The notes beneath the pieces were generated by a model, which was given only the letters and a program-made list of their open reading frames with translations, made no database searches and was not told the DNA's origin. DNA of 36,399 nt from Phoronis australis (lineage: Eukaryota; Animalia; Phoronida). The position numbers and the translations under genes are program-made. Positions within the stretch are counted from its first letter, which is position 1, and each line of letters begins with the position of its first letter. This document shows positions 21,315 through 33,149 of this stretch, in pieces. The DNA lies in the NCBI GenBank assembly GCA_002633005.1, contig NMRA01000320.1, forward strand, positions 253,817-290,215. Reading direction: 5' to 3'.

Positions 21315-24300
21315 CTGAAATAAAACTTGCGTAACTGTTGTTTGCAGCCTCCAAACCAAATACAATCATGAAAATCAGATATTTCAGTTTTAAAAGATAC
21401 AATAGCCAGGGAGATGAACACAACATTAATTTCACTGGATCTGAAAGGAATAGGAAGCGCTGACATCTCGTGAATGAAATGTTATAAACTATATTTAGCA
21501 AGTTTTCAGACAGCAAAAATTGAACTTCCCCTGATGTTTGAAAAAAATCACAAGGCCACCTAACGAAAACATGATTAAACTTTATATCCGTTACCTCTCA
21601 AAGAAGATCAAGAGCATCAAAGAACAAACTACTTCAAAAGTGGCTTACCTTTCCAAAATTTCAATTCGACTACGTGTTATCTCTCGGTTTTGAATGAATC
21701 TTGAAATCTATGCCTTCATAGAAACACGAAACTGCAACTTAAAAGTAATTACCCTGAACTGCCACCGAACCAATGTTTTGCCATAGCCACGTGGTTGATG
21801 CGTTACCACACACACAACATTTATTAAATCTCGATTTGAAAACGTGGAAAAACGCATACTTACCAGTACAATAATCACACGCCGAAAATTTTGAACCGTC
21901 CTCTATTCGGATCACTTCTCGGCACTCGGCTTCCATTTGGTGCCCACATTCTAAAGTTACGTTTAGTGAAAACCTGCACGTGGCTTGGCATCTAAATCCA
22001 CACAATCTTCCGCATGGGTGGTGACAGTCTTGACACGGATGGGCACATATTATAGAGTCTGGTCGTAGGTAGCAGGGAAGCTTCACTTTGTGGCCACATC
22101 TGGGATTAAGCTTTTCTTCAGTTTCTTCGCATACACTTGCACAGGTTTCGTGACAGTAGTTAGGACATTTATGGCCACACGCCAAGATTTGGTCACACGG
22201 TTTTTTACATTTAATACTCAACGATTTCCTTGAGCAATGTACCAACACTGTGTGACCACATGGATGAATTGTTTTGGAAACAAGCTCCTTGCATGTCCCG
22301 CAATCCTCGTAGCACTGCAGGGGACATTTGTGTCCGCAGGGTCTCTCCCTAGAACAGGGATGCTTACAGTTTACATCAGCTGGATCCTCATAGCACATCA
22401 AAAGCTGCGAGTGTCCACACCAAGGAAGTTTCTTTTCTACCAATGCTTCACACTTGGAATTTTCTGTCGCTTGGTGACAAGGCATTACACGAACGTGCTT
22501 GCAACTCTTCATTTCTTTTGGCATTAAGATGCAGCATTTTCCACAGGCTTCTGAACACAGTTTTAAGCATCTGTGCTTGTTCGAGCATTTGCGTTCACAA
22601 CGCATTTGACACAAAAATGAGGATTCGGGAACCCAGCATTCCATTTCTTGATAATGTTGACATGACGGAAGCACTTTTTTAACACGAACTGTGCATTTCA
22701 CTGATGAAGGATCTACGAAACATTGCATTTTCTTTGTGTGCTTACATCTTGGAAGAGACCTCTCTACAATTTCTTCGCAAGGCTGACACTTTTCGTGACA
22801 CAATTGTGAGCACGGATGACCTTCTGGACATTGACGTTCACACTTCTCTTTGCAATCAAATGTTTCTGGATCTTGGGAGCAAACCATGTTCTGTGTATGT
22901 CCGCATTTGTTAATCTTTTTGTCCATCGCAAATGTGCACCTCCCGCAGTCATCACTGCATTTTCTATTACATCTATGACCATTCTCACATGTGTTTTCAC
23001 ATTGAGCATCACACTTCACCTTGTCTGGAGAAACCCAACATTCCATGTTTTGCAGGTGGCCACAGGATTTCAGTTGTTTTGCAACTGAAAATCTACACTT
23101 AACCGACGATGGGTCTTCATGGCATCTGATTGTTTGGAGATGATGGCAAACAGGCAATTCTGTTTCAACAGGTACCATGCAAGGTTTACATTTCTCGTAG
23201 CACAACTGTGTGCATGGATGTCCTCTGTTGCATCGATGGTCGCACTTCTCTTTGCACTCGAAGGAATCAGATTCCTGAGAGCATAACATTTCCTGAGTGT
23301 GACCGCATTTTCCGATCACTTTCTTGACCAAAACTGGACATGGGTCGCAAACTTGCTTACACAGCTTTTTGCAGTCGTGACCAGCTTTACACTTTTTCTC
23401 GCACTTCGAGTTACAAAATCTTCTGCTGGTGGTCTGTGAACAAGGAAGTCTAATCACATGACCGCATTCAGGTATTGTCTTCTCCACGACAACTTTGCAT
23501 GGCAAACATTTCTTTCCTTTGTGACACCTACGTGGACATTTGTGACCATCATTGCAAATGTCTTTATCGCATATTGCTTGGCAAATAAATGTGCTTGGAG
23601 ACTCATGACAACACATTTCTTGTTCATGTCCACATCTCTCTATCAACTTTGTCACCTTCTCTTCGCACAAGCACTTTTGGTAACATTTCTTCTGACATTT
23701 GTGCCCCTCCTTACATTTCCTGGCACACGGTTTTCTACACTTGTATTCAATGTGTTCAGGATCTTTAGGGTGACAGTGTTTCATACAAACATGCCCGCAC
23801 TCCAGTCTGGCTTCACACAATCTCATACAACCTCCGTCTGGGGCTTTACTGAAATCTTCGGCTTTGTTCGCTTCAATCACGTCATTTGGATGACGTTGAC
23901 AGCAGAGTTTCAAGTGCGTCCCGAAAGTGCCAGCTGTTTTCATTTTAGAAACCAACTTTCGCCATAGACTTGTCGAGGAGGATAAAAGGCTAAAATTACC
24001 AATTACGTACAAACCCACTTTAGCCCTCGACAAAGCAACAGTTACTCGGTTCTGAATTTTGAGGAAACCGATGCTGCCTTCATTATTACTCCGTACCAAA
24101 GACAACAGAATTATGTCATTTTCCTCGCCTTGGAAATTATCAACTGCTGCTAAGTGAACTCCCTGGAAGAGGAGCCTCGCTTTATACATCACGTCTTTGA
24201 TTTTCAAGACTTGCCCAGTGTACAGCGTTAAAATGGTTATTTGACTGCCAGTATACCCTTGTTTAAGAAAGTATTCGCACAGAGCTGTGATGTACTCAAC

Positions 24301-27300
24301 CTCATGTTGATTTGATTTGCTTCTTAACTCCTGATTGCTGGTTTCCTGCTCCTTGTGGTCAATGAAGTAAAGGTTATGTGAGACACCTTTAACGTTTTCA
24401 TATGTGTTCACAATGTCATGGTTCTGGAGTTCTGGGTAAACAGGTTCCATCAGTGCTGCAATTTCTGGACGCATGCGATGCTGTAACCGAAGAGTGTTAA
24501 ATGCTATGCCATTATTTATCATTCTTTCGAATAATGAAATCTCCAGATTGTACCTTTTCGCCAACTCGTACACATTGGGATTAGGCCGCAATTGTTTATG
24601 ATCACCAATTAGAATAAGGTGCTGACAACCTTCGCTCAGCGTTGTAACAATATGTGCTTCAAGGACTTCAGCTGCTTCTTCCACTATGACAATCTTTGGG
24701 TTGATTTGTTCAAGTGCTGCTCTGTATTTTGCTGCACAAGTCGTTGTCATGCCCACTACAGTCGCTGTTCTCATTGTTTGCATATCTTCCTGGATGCGTA
24801 GTTCATTTGCCTTTCTGCAGGCATCATTATAGTCTACTGCTAATGCATCTAGTTCCATTTCCTGATGTTCAATAAACTCATTTCTCCAGAAACGGTACAG
24901 TTTCCAGCGTTTACCTTCTGAAAGATCCCACACATTTTGAATTCTTTGCGCTTCCTGCTTACTCATGGAATTTCGAATTTTCATTTGGGATTCTATCTGG
25001 CTCTGTGCCTGGGACCTTGCCTTTCTATCCACAGTTTTCCACGAATCATTAAAACACTTTTGTGATTGGGTTGCCAACTTCTCGTCCCACCACGTTTCTC
25101 CATACTCTTGCTGGTCACGACGCCAGGACGATTCATCTTCAATGATGAATCCAGCATCATCCGGTTTTGCTGCTTCTTTTATGATGTGTTGTGCGCATGA
25201 ACACAGGTGTTGTAGACCTAACCAATGCAGAATTTCAGAATGTGTGCACCCTTTCATGTTGACCCATTTGTCGGTTATGTCGTTTAAGTATCGTTCGTGC
25301 AATATACCTGTATACAAACCATTAATCTTTGCATTGGTTTCATAGTCTAATACTTGGTGAGAGCTTCTTTTTAAAACGTCTTCAGGCACAAGTACCAATT
25401 CATGAAATTTGTCTCTCCATGATACATACAAACTCCACCTCTGGCTCATGTCCAACAGATAAAGATCTTCAATTGACTCGAGTCTAGTAGCTTCTTCAGT
25501 TGATGTGTGGTTAAACAAGTTTGTAGAAATGTTGGCCACAATATCACCGTGCTGCTGATAATCATTCTCGGACGGAATGTATGCAAAATAATGGGAAACA
25601 TTACTTACGCACATTTCTTGGATGCGTGTTTTTCCTTTTATTGGGGATCTGTTGTGTGATTCTGCTCGGAATGATTGTCCTGTTAATATGCGCTCAGAAT
25701 TCAATCTCAACCAGTATAGCATGTACGAATGTCTTCCTCTGTATTTGTAAGAACACATTTTCAACTCTTCATCAAAATCCATTAAATAGGCCTCATGAAT
25801 AATTCCACTTCCCAATGCTTGAATTCGTGCATTTGTTTCATCCACACCAACTTTAAAGTTTTGTGATTGGTAGAAGTCATGCAGTGAAACCAGCATCATC
25901 CAGAATTGTTGCCTCAAAAATCTGTAGTGTCTCCAACGATCCTCAATACATAGTTTTTCCAAAGGTTGGCGTCTTTCAGTATTTTCCACTTCTTTGACCT
26001 CTAAAAATAATTCATTGTCATTTTGTGCGTCCAATTTCCACACAAGGACTCCTTCCGCAGCGTCTTTGAAATGCCGAGGGATCTCAACACTATTACCAAT
26101 AGGTACACCTAAGCGAAGCCAAGACCTCACTATCTCATTTATATTGAGTTTCTGGTTTTTTGCTCCTGTTTCGAAGGATGTTCTTTGTTCGTTAGTCATA
26201 TATGTCTGCAGTTGGTCGTAAGGTATCAGATTTGTTTGGCTATTAGCAACGCTCCTTCTAGTGTTCTCTATTATCCTTATTATCGTTTGAATGTCTTCCG
26301 TGTTTTGCATATACAAATTGCGGCGACCTTGCTTTCGTCTTAGATTTTTCAAGAGGTACTTTTCCATTTTATCACTCTTGCTCCTTCCGCCAACTCGAAC
26401 AATTCCTCCCCCAAGGAAGTTGTCAATCTCCTCTAGAAATTGGTCCAAGGCATGATTTGTGTAGCAGACAACTAGGATAGGCTCTTCCGCTAGCCACTTA
26501 GCTCTGTTCTCCAAGATGACCTGGACAATCTTGAGACCCACGTACGTTTTTCCAGTTCCTGGTGGACCTTGAATTATAACAAATTCTTTAGTCAATGCTG
26601 TCTTGATTGCTTCCAGCTGAGAACTGTCCAAGTCCAAGGCTGACAAATCAGGCCACTTGCCTTTCTCAAATATAGAAACACAGCGAACATTTGAACCAGT
26701 GTATCTTTTGCTTTTCAGTGCTGACAGATCGTAAGTTGTTGTTCCAGAGTTGGTCAGATATGACGGACAATTAACGTCAGTGCAGCATTGAACAATGTAT
26801 CTACTGAAAGGGAAACTGTTCGCATCTACTCTCTGTAGAGCTTCTAAGACAGGCCTGTAAGCCTCGAAATAGGCTGATGTTTCAACCATCACAAATTCCT
26901 TTTGTCCAATTGCCTTAATGTCAACATCGTTCAGAAAAATAATCTGGACTTCACCATGTTTAAGTTTATCTGGATCTCTTTCCGATACTGTAGCTAGTAA
27001 GAATGTGTTAAAGTCATCATCCGACAAGCATACTAAAGAACCAAATATCAAACGTCGTGAAGATTGCCAGTTGACACGAAACATGTGCGAAACATCAAAT
27101 CTGATGCTGTGAGCAATACCGTCTTTTCCGAAACATTCTCGCCTTAGGTGAACTCCAGTGTAAACACGACCGTCTTGCAAGCGAACCTTACTCTCCTTTG
27201 GTTGTTTCAACTGTTTGAGGCTCTTGTATTCCATAACAGCGTCGCGCAGGGGTCCAACGAAATCTTCACGTAGCAATCGAAACTGCGTATCAAGGTAAGC

Positions 27301-28535
27301 GACAGGACTAGGATATTTCCCTTTGGACTTATTAGGGATTAAAGACGGTGCAGTACCAAGAATATCGCTAGTGGACGGGTGTATGGACATTTTTCTGAAG
27401 TCCTCCAGTGGCTGACTTCTCGTTTCATCTTTGTGTCTTGGCTTTGGTTCCTCTCGAATAATCATTTCCGTGGCTTGTCTTTGACCGACAAGGATCTCCA
27501 CTTCACTGTCCATTTTCTTTAGAAGGTCTTGAGTCACCTGATCCATGCTGTTGATATCTGCACCCTTTTTCACTTCAGTGCAAACATACTGCAGACTTGA
27601 TACGATAGTTGCCACGCTTGTATAAGAATGCGGCATTTTGGTCAATAAAGTGTGAAGGAGGCGTGACAGATGAATCATTGTTAGTAAAATTTCATTCAGG
27701 TTTCTGTATGTGGACAGACTGGTTGGCAACTTCACAATGTAGTCAGTGACGTCTTTCAAAAGGAAGGTAGACTGTTGAAAGTACCAGAGACATTGTGAAA
27801 CCTTTTGAGGTGTCGAACTTGTGCACACCTTAGCCAGCAGAGAGAGCATAGCAGGCACCATGTCTTGGGGACAAGCTGTAAGTATATATAACATTTACAA
27901 CGTCAGCTTCTTGTAAATGTAAAGACTTCATAATTTTTCTAGAATTGTCATTTGCCTTTCCAATGTTTTACGGAAGTCTGTTGGTTATTACATACAGTCT
28001 AATAGATCGAATGTGAAAAACATGATTGATAATATTTACATTCGTTTCACAAACTATGTCCCAGTTCAACATGTTAGCCTAACATGCTTGGTTATGGGTG
28101 TGAGAAGTAATCATTGGTACGTCTACGAGGTGCACATCACCAGGGACAAGCATCTTCTTACCAATGAATGCAAATAGTAATGTTGAAAAGAAAACGTGAA
28201 TTTAGGGTCGCTTTGAAAATGCAATGAGCTAAATGAGAACAAATGTAAACACATACACTTGACCTGTCTATAGTCTTGTCGAGTTAGAGTGTAGGTGAGA
28301 ATATGTGCTTGGCTTTTCTTTACTTCTTCAAATAAGCAGTTTTAAATGGTTGACTTTGTTTTTTGTGAATAAATGCAGTTGTTTCTCGAGCCATGGATTC
28401 AGAACTCAAGCGCAACGTTGTTGACACACTTTTATACTTACCCTCCATAATTTGTCTCAGTCTTGACTTTTCAGTAAGTACCTCTGATACTATAGTGTTG
28501 TCATCTCTTTCTTCCATGGACTTTAAGTATGACAT
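20296..28535 (-). CDS. ZNFX1: NFX1-type zinc finger-containing protein 1-like (UPF1/SF1 RNA helicase); multi-exon
   Basis: Exons 28535-28442, 27875-21864 and 21314-20296 join at phase-1 GT-AG junctions, giving 7125 nt = 2374 aa + stop. ZNFX1-family motifs: YLDTQFRLLREDF, SRRLIFGSLVCLS, IQGPPGTGKT, CYTNHALDQFLE, VVGMTTT, IVEEAAEVLEAH, LIGDHKQLRP, SLFERM, QHRMRPEI, VDNFQGEENDIILLSLVRSN, NRVTVALSRA, then a Cys/His array. The true start may lie further upstream. Confidence 0.88.
21864..27875 (-). CDS. ZNFX1: ZNFX1-like giant exon (N-terminal helical region, helicase, zinc-finger array)
   Basis: Lies within the 2051-aa ORF 21739..27894. Acceptor cttacag|CT at 27876/27875, donor ACTG|gtaagt at 21864/21863. 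Walker A at about 26545-26568, EEAAE at about 24667-24681, Cys/His array about 23900-21864. Confidence 0.93.
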
Positions 28536-28569
28536 ACTTTCAGATTTGTCCAGTTTCCTGCTGTTTGAA
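28442..28569 (-). CDS. ZNFX1: ZNFX1-like upstream exon
   Basis: ttgcag| acceptor (28570) and GAGG|gtaagt donor (28441). Reads SNSRKLDKSES-MSYLKSMEERDDNTIVSEVLTEKSRLRQIME and joins in frame to ACPQDMVPAMLSLLAKVC; resembles, from memory, the start of the ZNFX1 N-terminal helical region. Confidence 0.75.
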
Positions 28570-29559
28570 CTGCAATTAAGACAGAAATAATTACTGCGTG
28601 TCAGTTTGCCTACCTATTGCCAGTTCTCTTCTTGCCGAACCTATCTCACAGCTAATATATCTCTCTATCAGTCTCTCACTTTTTGTCACCCTTTTCCCCA
28701 CATTGTTTATTCACAATCCCAACCCTATTTTTCACCATTTCTGTATACAATCTCTGCTTTTCCCGATGCCCAACCCACCCGTTATTTAATATCGTAAATT
28801 ATCCCTTCCCCACACTATAAAAATCGGTGTGGCTTGATTGTAACCGAAGTAGCGTACATGTAAAGACGTGACAATCCAGTGTTGGATTTAACAGCTTACT
28901 TAGCACCTATGCTACGGGCACCAATACTATAAACGTATACATGCTCCCAAGCCTATGGAAGCACTGACCTCAGGTGATGCGAACTCGATTTGGAAACTTT
29001 ATGTTAATGCCCACCTTTAAGATGTGCTGGGTCAAGGGTGCGGGGCTCCATGCAGTAAGCGATATCAAAAATTGTACGTGTCGTAGTGCTGCCCAAAGCT
29101 TAGGAGCGCACATAAAAAACCGCGGACCACTAAAAGTGTAGGGACTCACCAAGGCGCCAAGCATTCATTGGTTTTTCAACCATTCTGAAGTTTATAGTTT
29201 AGGTTCTGCTAAAATAAAGAGAGGCAAAATCTGCTAATCTTGAATTTGTTCAAATACATATACATCTACGAGTATGTATGCCAAAGGTAGGATTCTTGAT
29301 GTTGCAATTGGTATGAAGCACAGGGCCCTGATTAGTTGTGTTTTAATTATCCTGACCTACAGCTAATGTTGACCTGTGGACACGTTGTTTAATCATCCAG
29401 GTAACACTGGCCCAGCACGTAGGCCCCAAATTTTCCATAAGCAATTCCTAGCTGTCGACGGACAAATCACAGCGCTGCGTTAGGTTTTGAAGAGACTCAT
29501 TCATACAAAAAAACACCGATCAGATTATACGCCCTTCAGAGTATGAATACAAATGGTGT

Positions 29560-30436
29560 TTATTGTGCTTTTAATTTAAATCTTCGGAGTAATGAACATC
29601 CTGATGATTATGTGCCAAAAATCATTTCGACAGGTTTTGTTGGTTGTGAACTTCGCGACTTATTTTGGGCAAAGCTGCATGGCGACTGGTTGGACATGGA
29701 ACCAACAACATACTAAATCTAGCTGGTGGCTGCGGCAAACTCGACGCGGTTGCTCAATCCCGAACTCCGTCTGTGAAATTTAAAACTAGAGTCTTCCTAG
29801 CTCTTATTGACAGTGTGCTTGTTGCTCCATCACAATGCCAAAGAAAGCTACGAAATTTGCAGCGTGTTGTTTAGATCACACCGAAAGCTGTAAATTTTAA
29901 ATCAATGCACTGAGTCTCAACTAATCTCATCGACAAATATCCTCATGACTTGGACGAAAGTCTTGGTGATGAATTATTAGTTTCGTGAACTGTTGAAAAC
30001 GAAATATACGTAGTCATATTGGCAGCTAAAACAGCCAAGATTTAGAGTACAGCTGTAAATATTTCGGATTATAATCGACAACTGGATGTGGTTTGTTTTC
30101 CAGATGTTGAAATGGCCTTTTAAAGAATCTACTTGTCTCTCATGGTTACTAAATGCTGCGGCGAACGTTCATTTCCAAAACTAAGACGGATCAAAAACGA
30201 AGTGACAGAAGCAACATGGGGCAGACATGATCGAATAGCTTTGCACTGATGAGTATTGAGCATGGGCTTATACGTAACATTGATGTTTCGTGTACAATTG
30301 CAATTTCGCTAGTTTGAAGTACACAAAATGTTCATTAACAAGCAATTGTAATCTGAACGAATACATACATTATAAGCAAATGCTTATAGCCAGACAAAAT
30401 GTTGCCCCCCCTTGTGATATCCTAGATCCGCCACTG
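29560..30436 (+). mobile_element. Decayed hAT-family (ZMYM1-like) transposase 3' fragment with right TIR
   Basis: Frameshifted pieces KFKTRVFLALIDS, NLIDKYPHDLDESLGDEL and FPDVEMA/RIYLSLMVT/CCGERSFPKLRRIKNE/RSNMGQ/ALMSIEH match the hAT C-terminal dimerisation motif (ERSFS.L..IK..LR..M....L..L....IE). Terminus cctagatccgccactg ends at 30436. Confidence 0.85.
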
Positions 30437-31149
30437 ATAAGGGCCACCACAGACAATAAGCTGGGAGTTTAGCTGTCTGCCTCAAGTGAACGATAGGTGA
30501 CACAACAGCCCAGGTTTAAAGGACAGAATGAACCAGTTCATTAAGTTTTTTGTGTATTTTCACGCCTTGGTGCCAGCAGAGTCGTCTGTGTTTACCATTT
30601 GCGATGGCCCTAAGTGGGTTTTAAAACTTTGCTAAGTCAGTGTGAGATAATCATTGTACGAGTGTTTCAGTAGGGGCCCCTCTTTTTCACTTATGCTACG
30701 GCCTTTACAATTTGTTGATTCGGTCCTGAATTTAGCTGATGGGACTGAAACATTACACAGCTGTGAATTTTACCTGCGACAAGTTGCCCATTGCGCTCTT
30801 GTTCGACTCCCTATGTCTCCTGAAGCTCCACGATTCATTGTGATGCTTTAAATTTCTAAAACAGAAATCAGATGAAAACCATGATCGTACTCGAAAGCAC
30901 TCCTCAGGGGAAGTTTCCACGATATTTTATTAATGAAATACCAGGAGTGTTCTCACTAGGGCTACGTGATGTCTTGCAAGTGTAGTAAGATAACGCAAAA
31001 TGTCAAGTGATAAGTAATGAATGTCAAAAGCCCTCAATTCTCAATTTTGGCAGGTTTCCAGGCCTGCTGGTTCCTGTCAATCGCAGTAGTCTTTCAATAC
31101 TTTTTTGTTGTAAAAGTCAACGGCTATCAGGTCAAGAAACTATGAGACT

Positions 31150-31225
31150 CACGGGCGGCGCACGTACATAGGGAGCTTGGGAGGCTATAGCCCCCCTCAC
31201 TAATTACAGTGCATTGCCGTCCATG
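31150..31225. mobile_element. 76-bp mini-MITE, copy 1
   Basis: agact|cacgggcggcgca...ggctatagcccccc...tgccgtccatg|agacc. Confidence 0.65.
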
Positions 31226-31688
31226 AGACCTACACGGTCGCCATTCCATTGATGCAATACCCTCATGAAAAAAACAAGACCACGCACGCCTCCGCGAGAT
31301 GTCACCATGCATTACAAGCAAAGCACGTGATCAAACTAGCTTTGCACTCGGGATTCTTCGTTTACACATTCACGCTGTGGTCAGGGAGGATACGCCCCTT
31401 TTACTGGAAGCAAGTCGAATTGGCCACGTCACACACACTCGGTCGTATATGGTAAATTCACTGCATTTCATTTTTAAAGTTATAAACAGTTGGCTATTTA
31501 TTTAAATAGAAAGTAAAAACACTGCTTTTTAGCAGTTGCTCTTGGTTATAAATTCTTGACATTTGCAAATATTTGCTTTTTAAAGGAATATTTCACTACC
31601 TTTTATCTGTCAAATTTGAATTCTTATGCGAAACGCTTTAGGGTTTAAAACAGGACGCTAATCTGATCTTGCATTGTTACCGAGTGAC

Positions 31689-32100
31689 CTGGCAACTCAA
31701 GTCACAGGCAATGCTTATCTGCGACGTGACATATTCGAATTCGCAGATTTAGGATTGACTACATGTAAGCCCAATACACTATGAAGCATTCCCTTGAGTG
31801 GCTGATGGTTTTGATGTTCTTGTCGGTAACGGAAACAGAGTTCCATCATGGTAAGGAAAAGTACGAAACCGATTTTATGAGAGTAAAAGGCTGTATTTGA
31901 TCTTTACGATCGACATATGTCCCGAATAATGATACGTGTGTCACGAGGTCGCTACCAGAGATGAAAAGGAGGCCGTCGTAGGCGATATAAGGTCATTTAT
32001 TATGACGAATACAGTTACAAGCAATAGATAGGGAATACAAGAAATAAAAATGTCTGGTATTTGTTTTTAGCCAGTTAAACTGGGCGAAATGCAACTTTAA
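31689..32100 (+). repeat. Dispersed repeat, copy 2 (homologous to 3062-3305, with an internal extra segment)
   Basis: Same colinear blocks as 3062-3305. Confidence 0.75.
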
Positions 32101-32135
32101 ACAGGAAGTGATTTACTAATGGCATGCCATCACGA

Positions 32136-32196
<61 letters not shown>
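32136..32196. repeat. (AAT)n microsatellite
   Basis: About 20 AAT units with one interruption. Confidence 0.97.
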
Positions 32197-32201
<5 letters not shown>

Positions 32202-32446
32202 TGGTAATATTAACAATACCACTTATTTTATTTCATAATGGGTTAGATCAAGAAGTTTACTATAATACTAGGCTCCTCGGTTAAATGTACTGCTAAAAGT
32301 GACCAAAGTTCGCGTCAAAACACAACGGGGATAATGCAAGCAATCAGTGGTTATGCCAGTATAGACTACATATACACACAATACCGAAGTATCAACGATG
32401 TTGGCCGGACGTGAAGCCTAACATTTTCCCCAACGTCACACGCACT

Positions 32447-32521
32447 CAAGGACAGCGCACCATAGGGGGTTGGGGGCTATAGCCCCCCGGTCCCACTTTT
32501 TGCAGTGCTGCGCCGCCCATG
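32447..32521. mobile_element. 75-bp mini-MITE, copy 2
   Basis: gcact|caaggacagcgca...ggctatagcccccc...tgcgccgcccatg|gcact. Confidence 0.7.
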
Positions 32522-33149
32522 GCACTAGAGCACTTGTCAAGGAACGGCTGTGGCCCGAAAGGGTTTAGGACCCAGGAAGTCATTGAAGACGCAAATGATC
32601 AGTCTGACCATCGCTACAATGAACTGTCGTTGTCACATTAATTCTGAAGGACGCTTGACGTACGTTGCAACGATCGTTCGACCTTATATCGATTGTTTGA
32701 GCTTTAGTTGGCGCGATCGAGGCTATCGCTGTCGCCTTAGATCAGTTGTGCAGACCTCTCACTATAGCGGGACTTGTGCAAAAAGAAAAAATTTCGGCGA
32801 ATTTTGCCTCACACTGATTAAACCCTCAAAGTCATGTTGCTATTGACCACGTTGTGCGCATAAAGGGACAATTTAAAGCGGCCGTTGACGGCTTTAACTC
32901 TCATTGTAACTCGTTCCAGCTCGAAAATGTACTCCTGCAACTTTTTTCGAACACTTCTTCGTTCAGTTGCCTAAGTCAACAACTAAACGAAGGACAACTG
33001 CCTATTTTGCTGCTCGCCCCTGGGATGTGGTGTTATATCCCCAAGCCAAGGTACCGTGAAACGGGCCAAGGTTTCTAGTGACATGCCATAAAATGTAATC
33101 CTATTCCTTTAGCTACGCTGCTGACCAGTTGCACCTTACTAAATCTTAC

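Noticed and set aside
21315-21516. Hydrophobic N-terminus of the 406-aa ORF as a signal or transmembrane segment of a separate gene
   Set aside because: AT-rich intron-like sequence upstream of a strong acceptor, with a non-ATG start.
21739-21863. C-terminal 40 aa of the 2051-aa ORF (KYAFFHVFKSRF...)
   Set aside because: Follows a consensus gtaagt donor and loses the zinc-finger pattern; probably intron read-through.
22237-27112. Many + strand ORFs opposite the helicase exon
   Set aside because: Antisense shadows of a long coding exon; no recognisable motifs.
28969-28996. 28-nt microexon that would fix the phase between 33150 and 28569
   Set aside because: The donor (GAG|gtcagt) is plausible but the acceptor lacks a pyrimidine tract; unsupported without transcripts.
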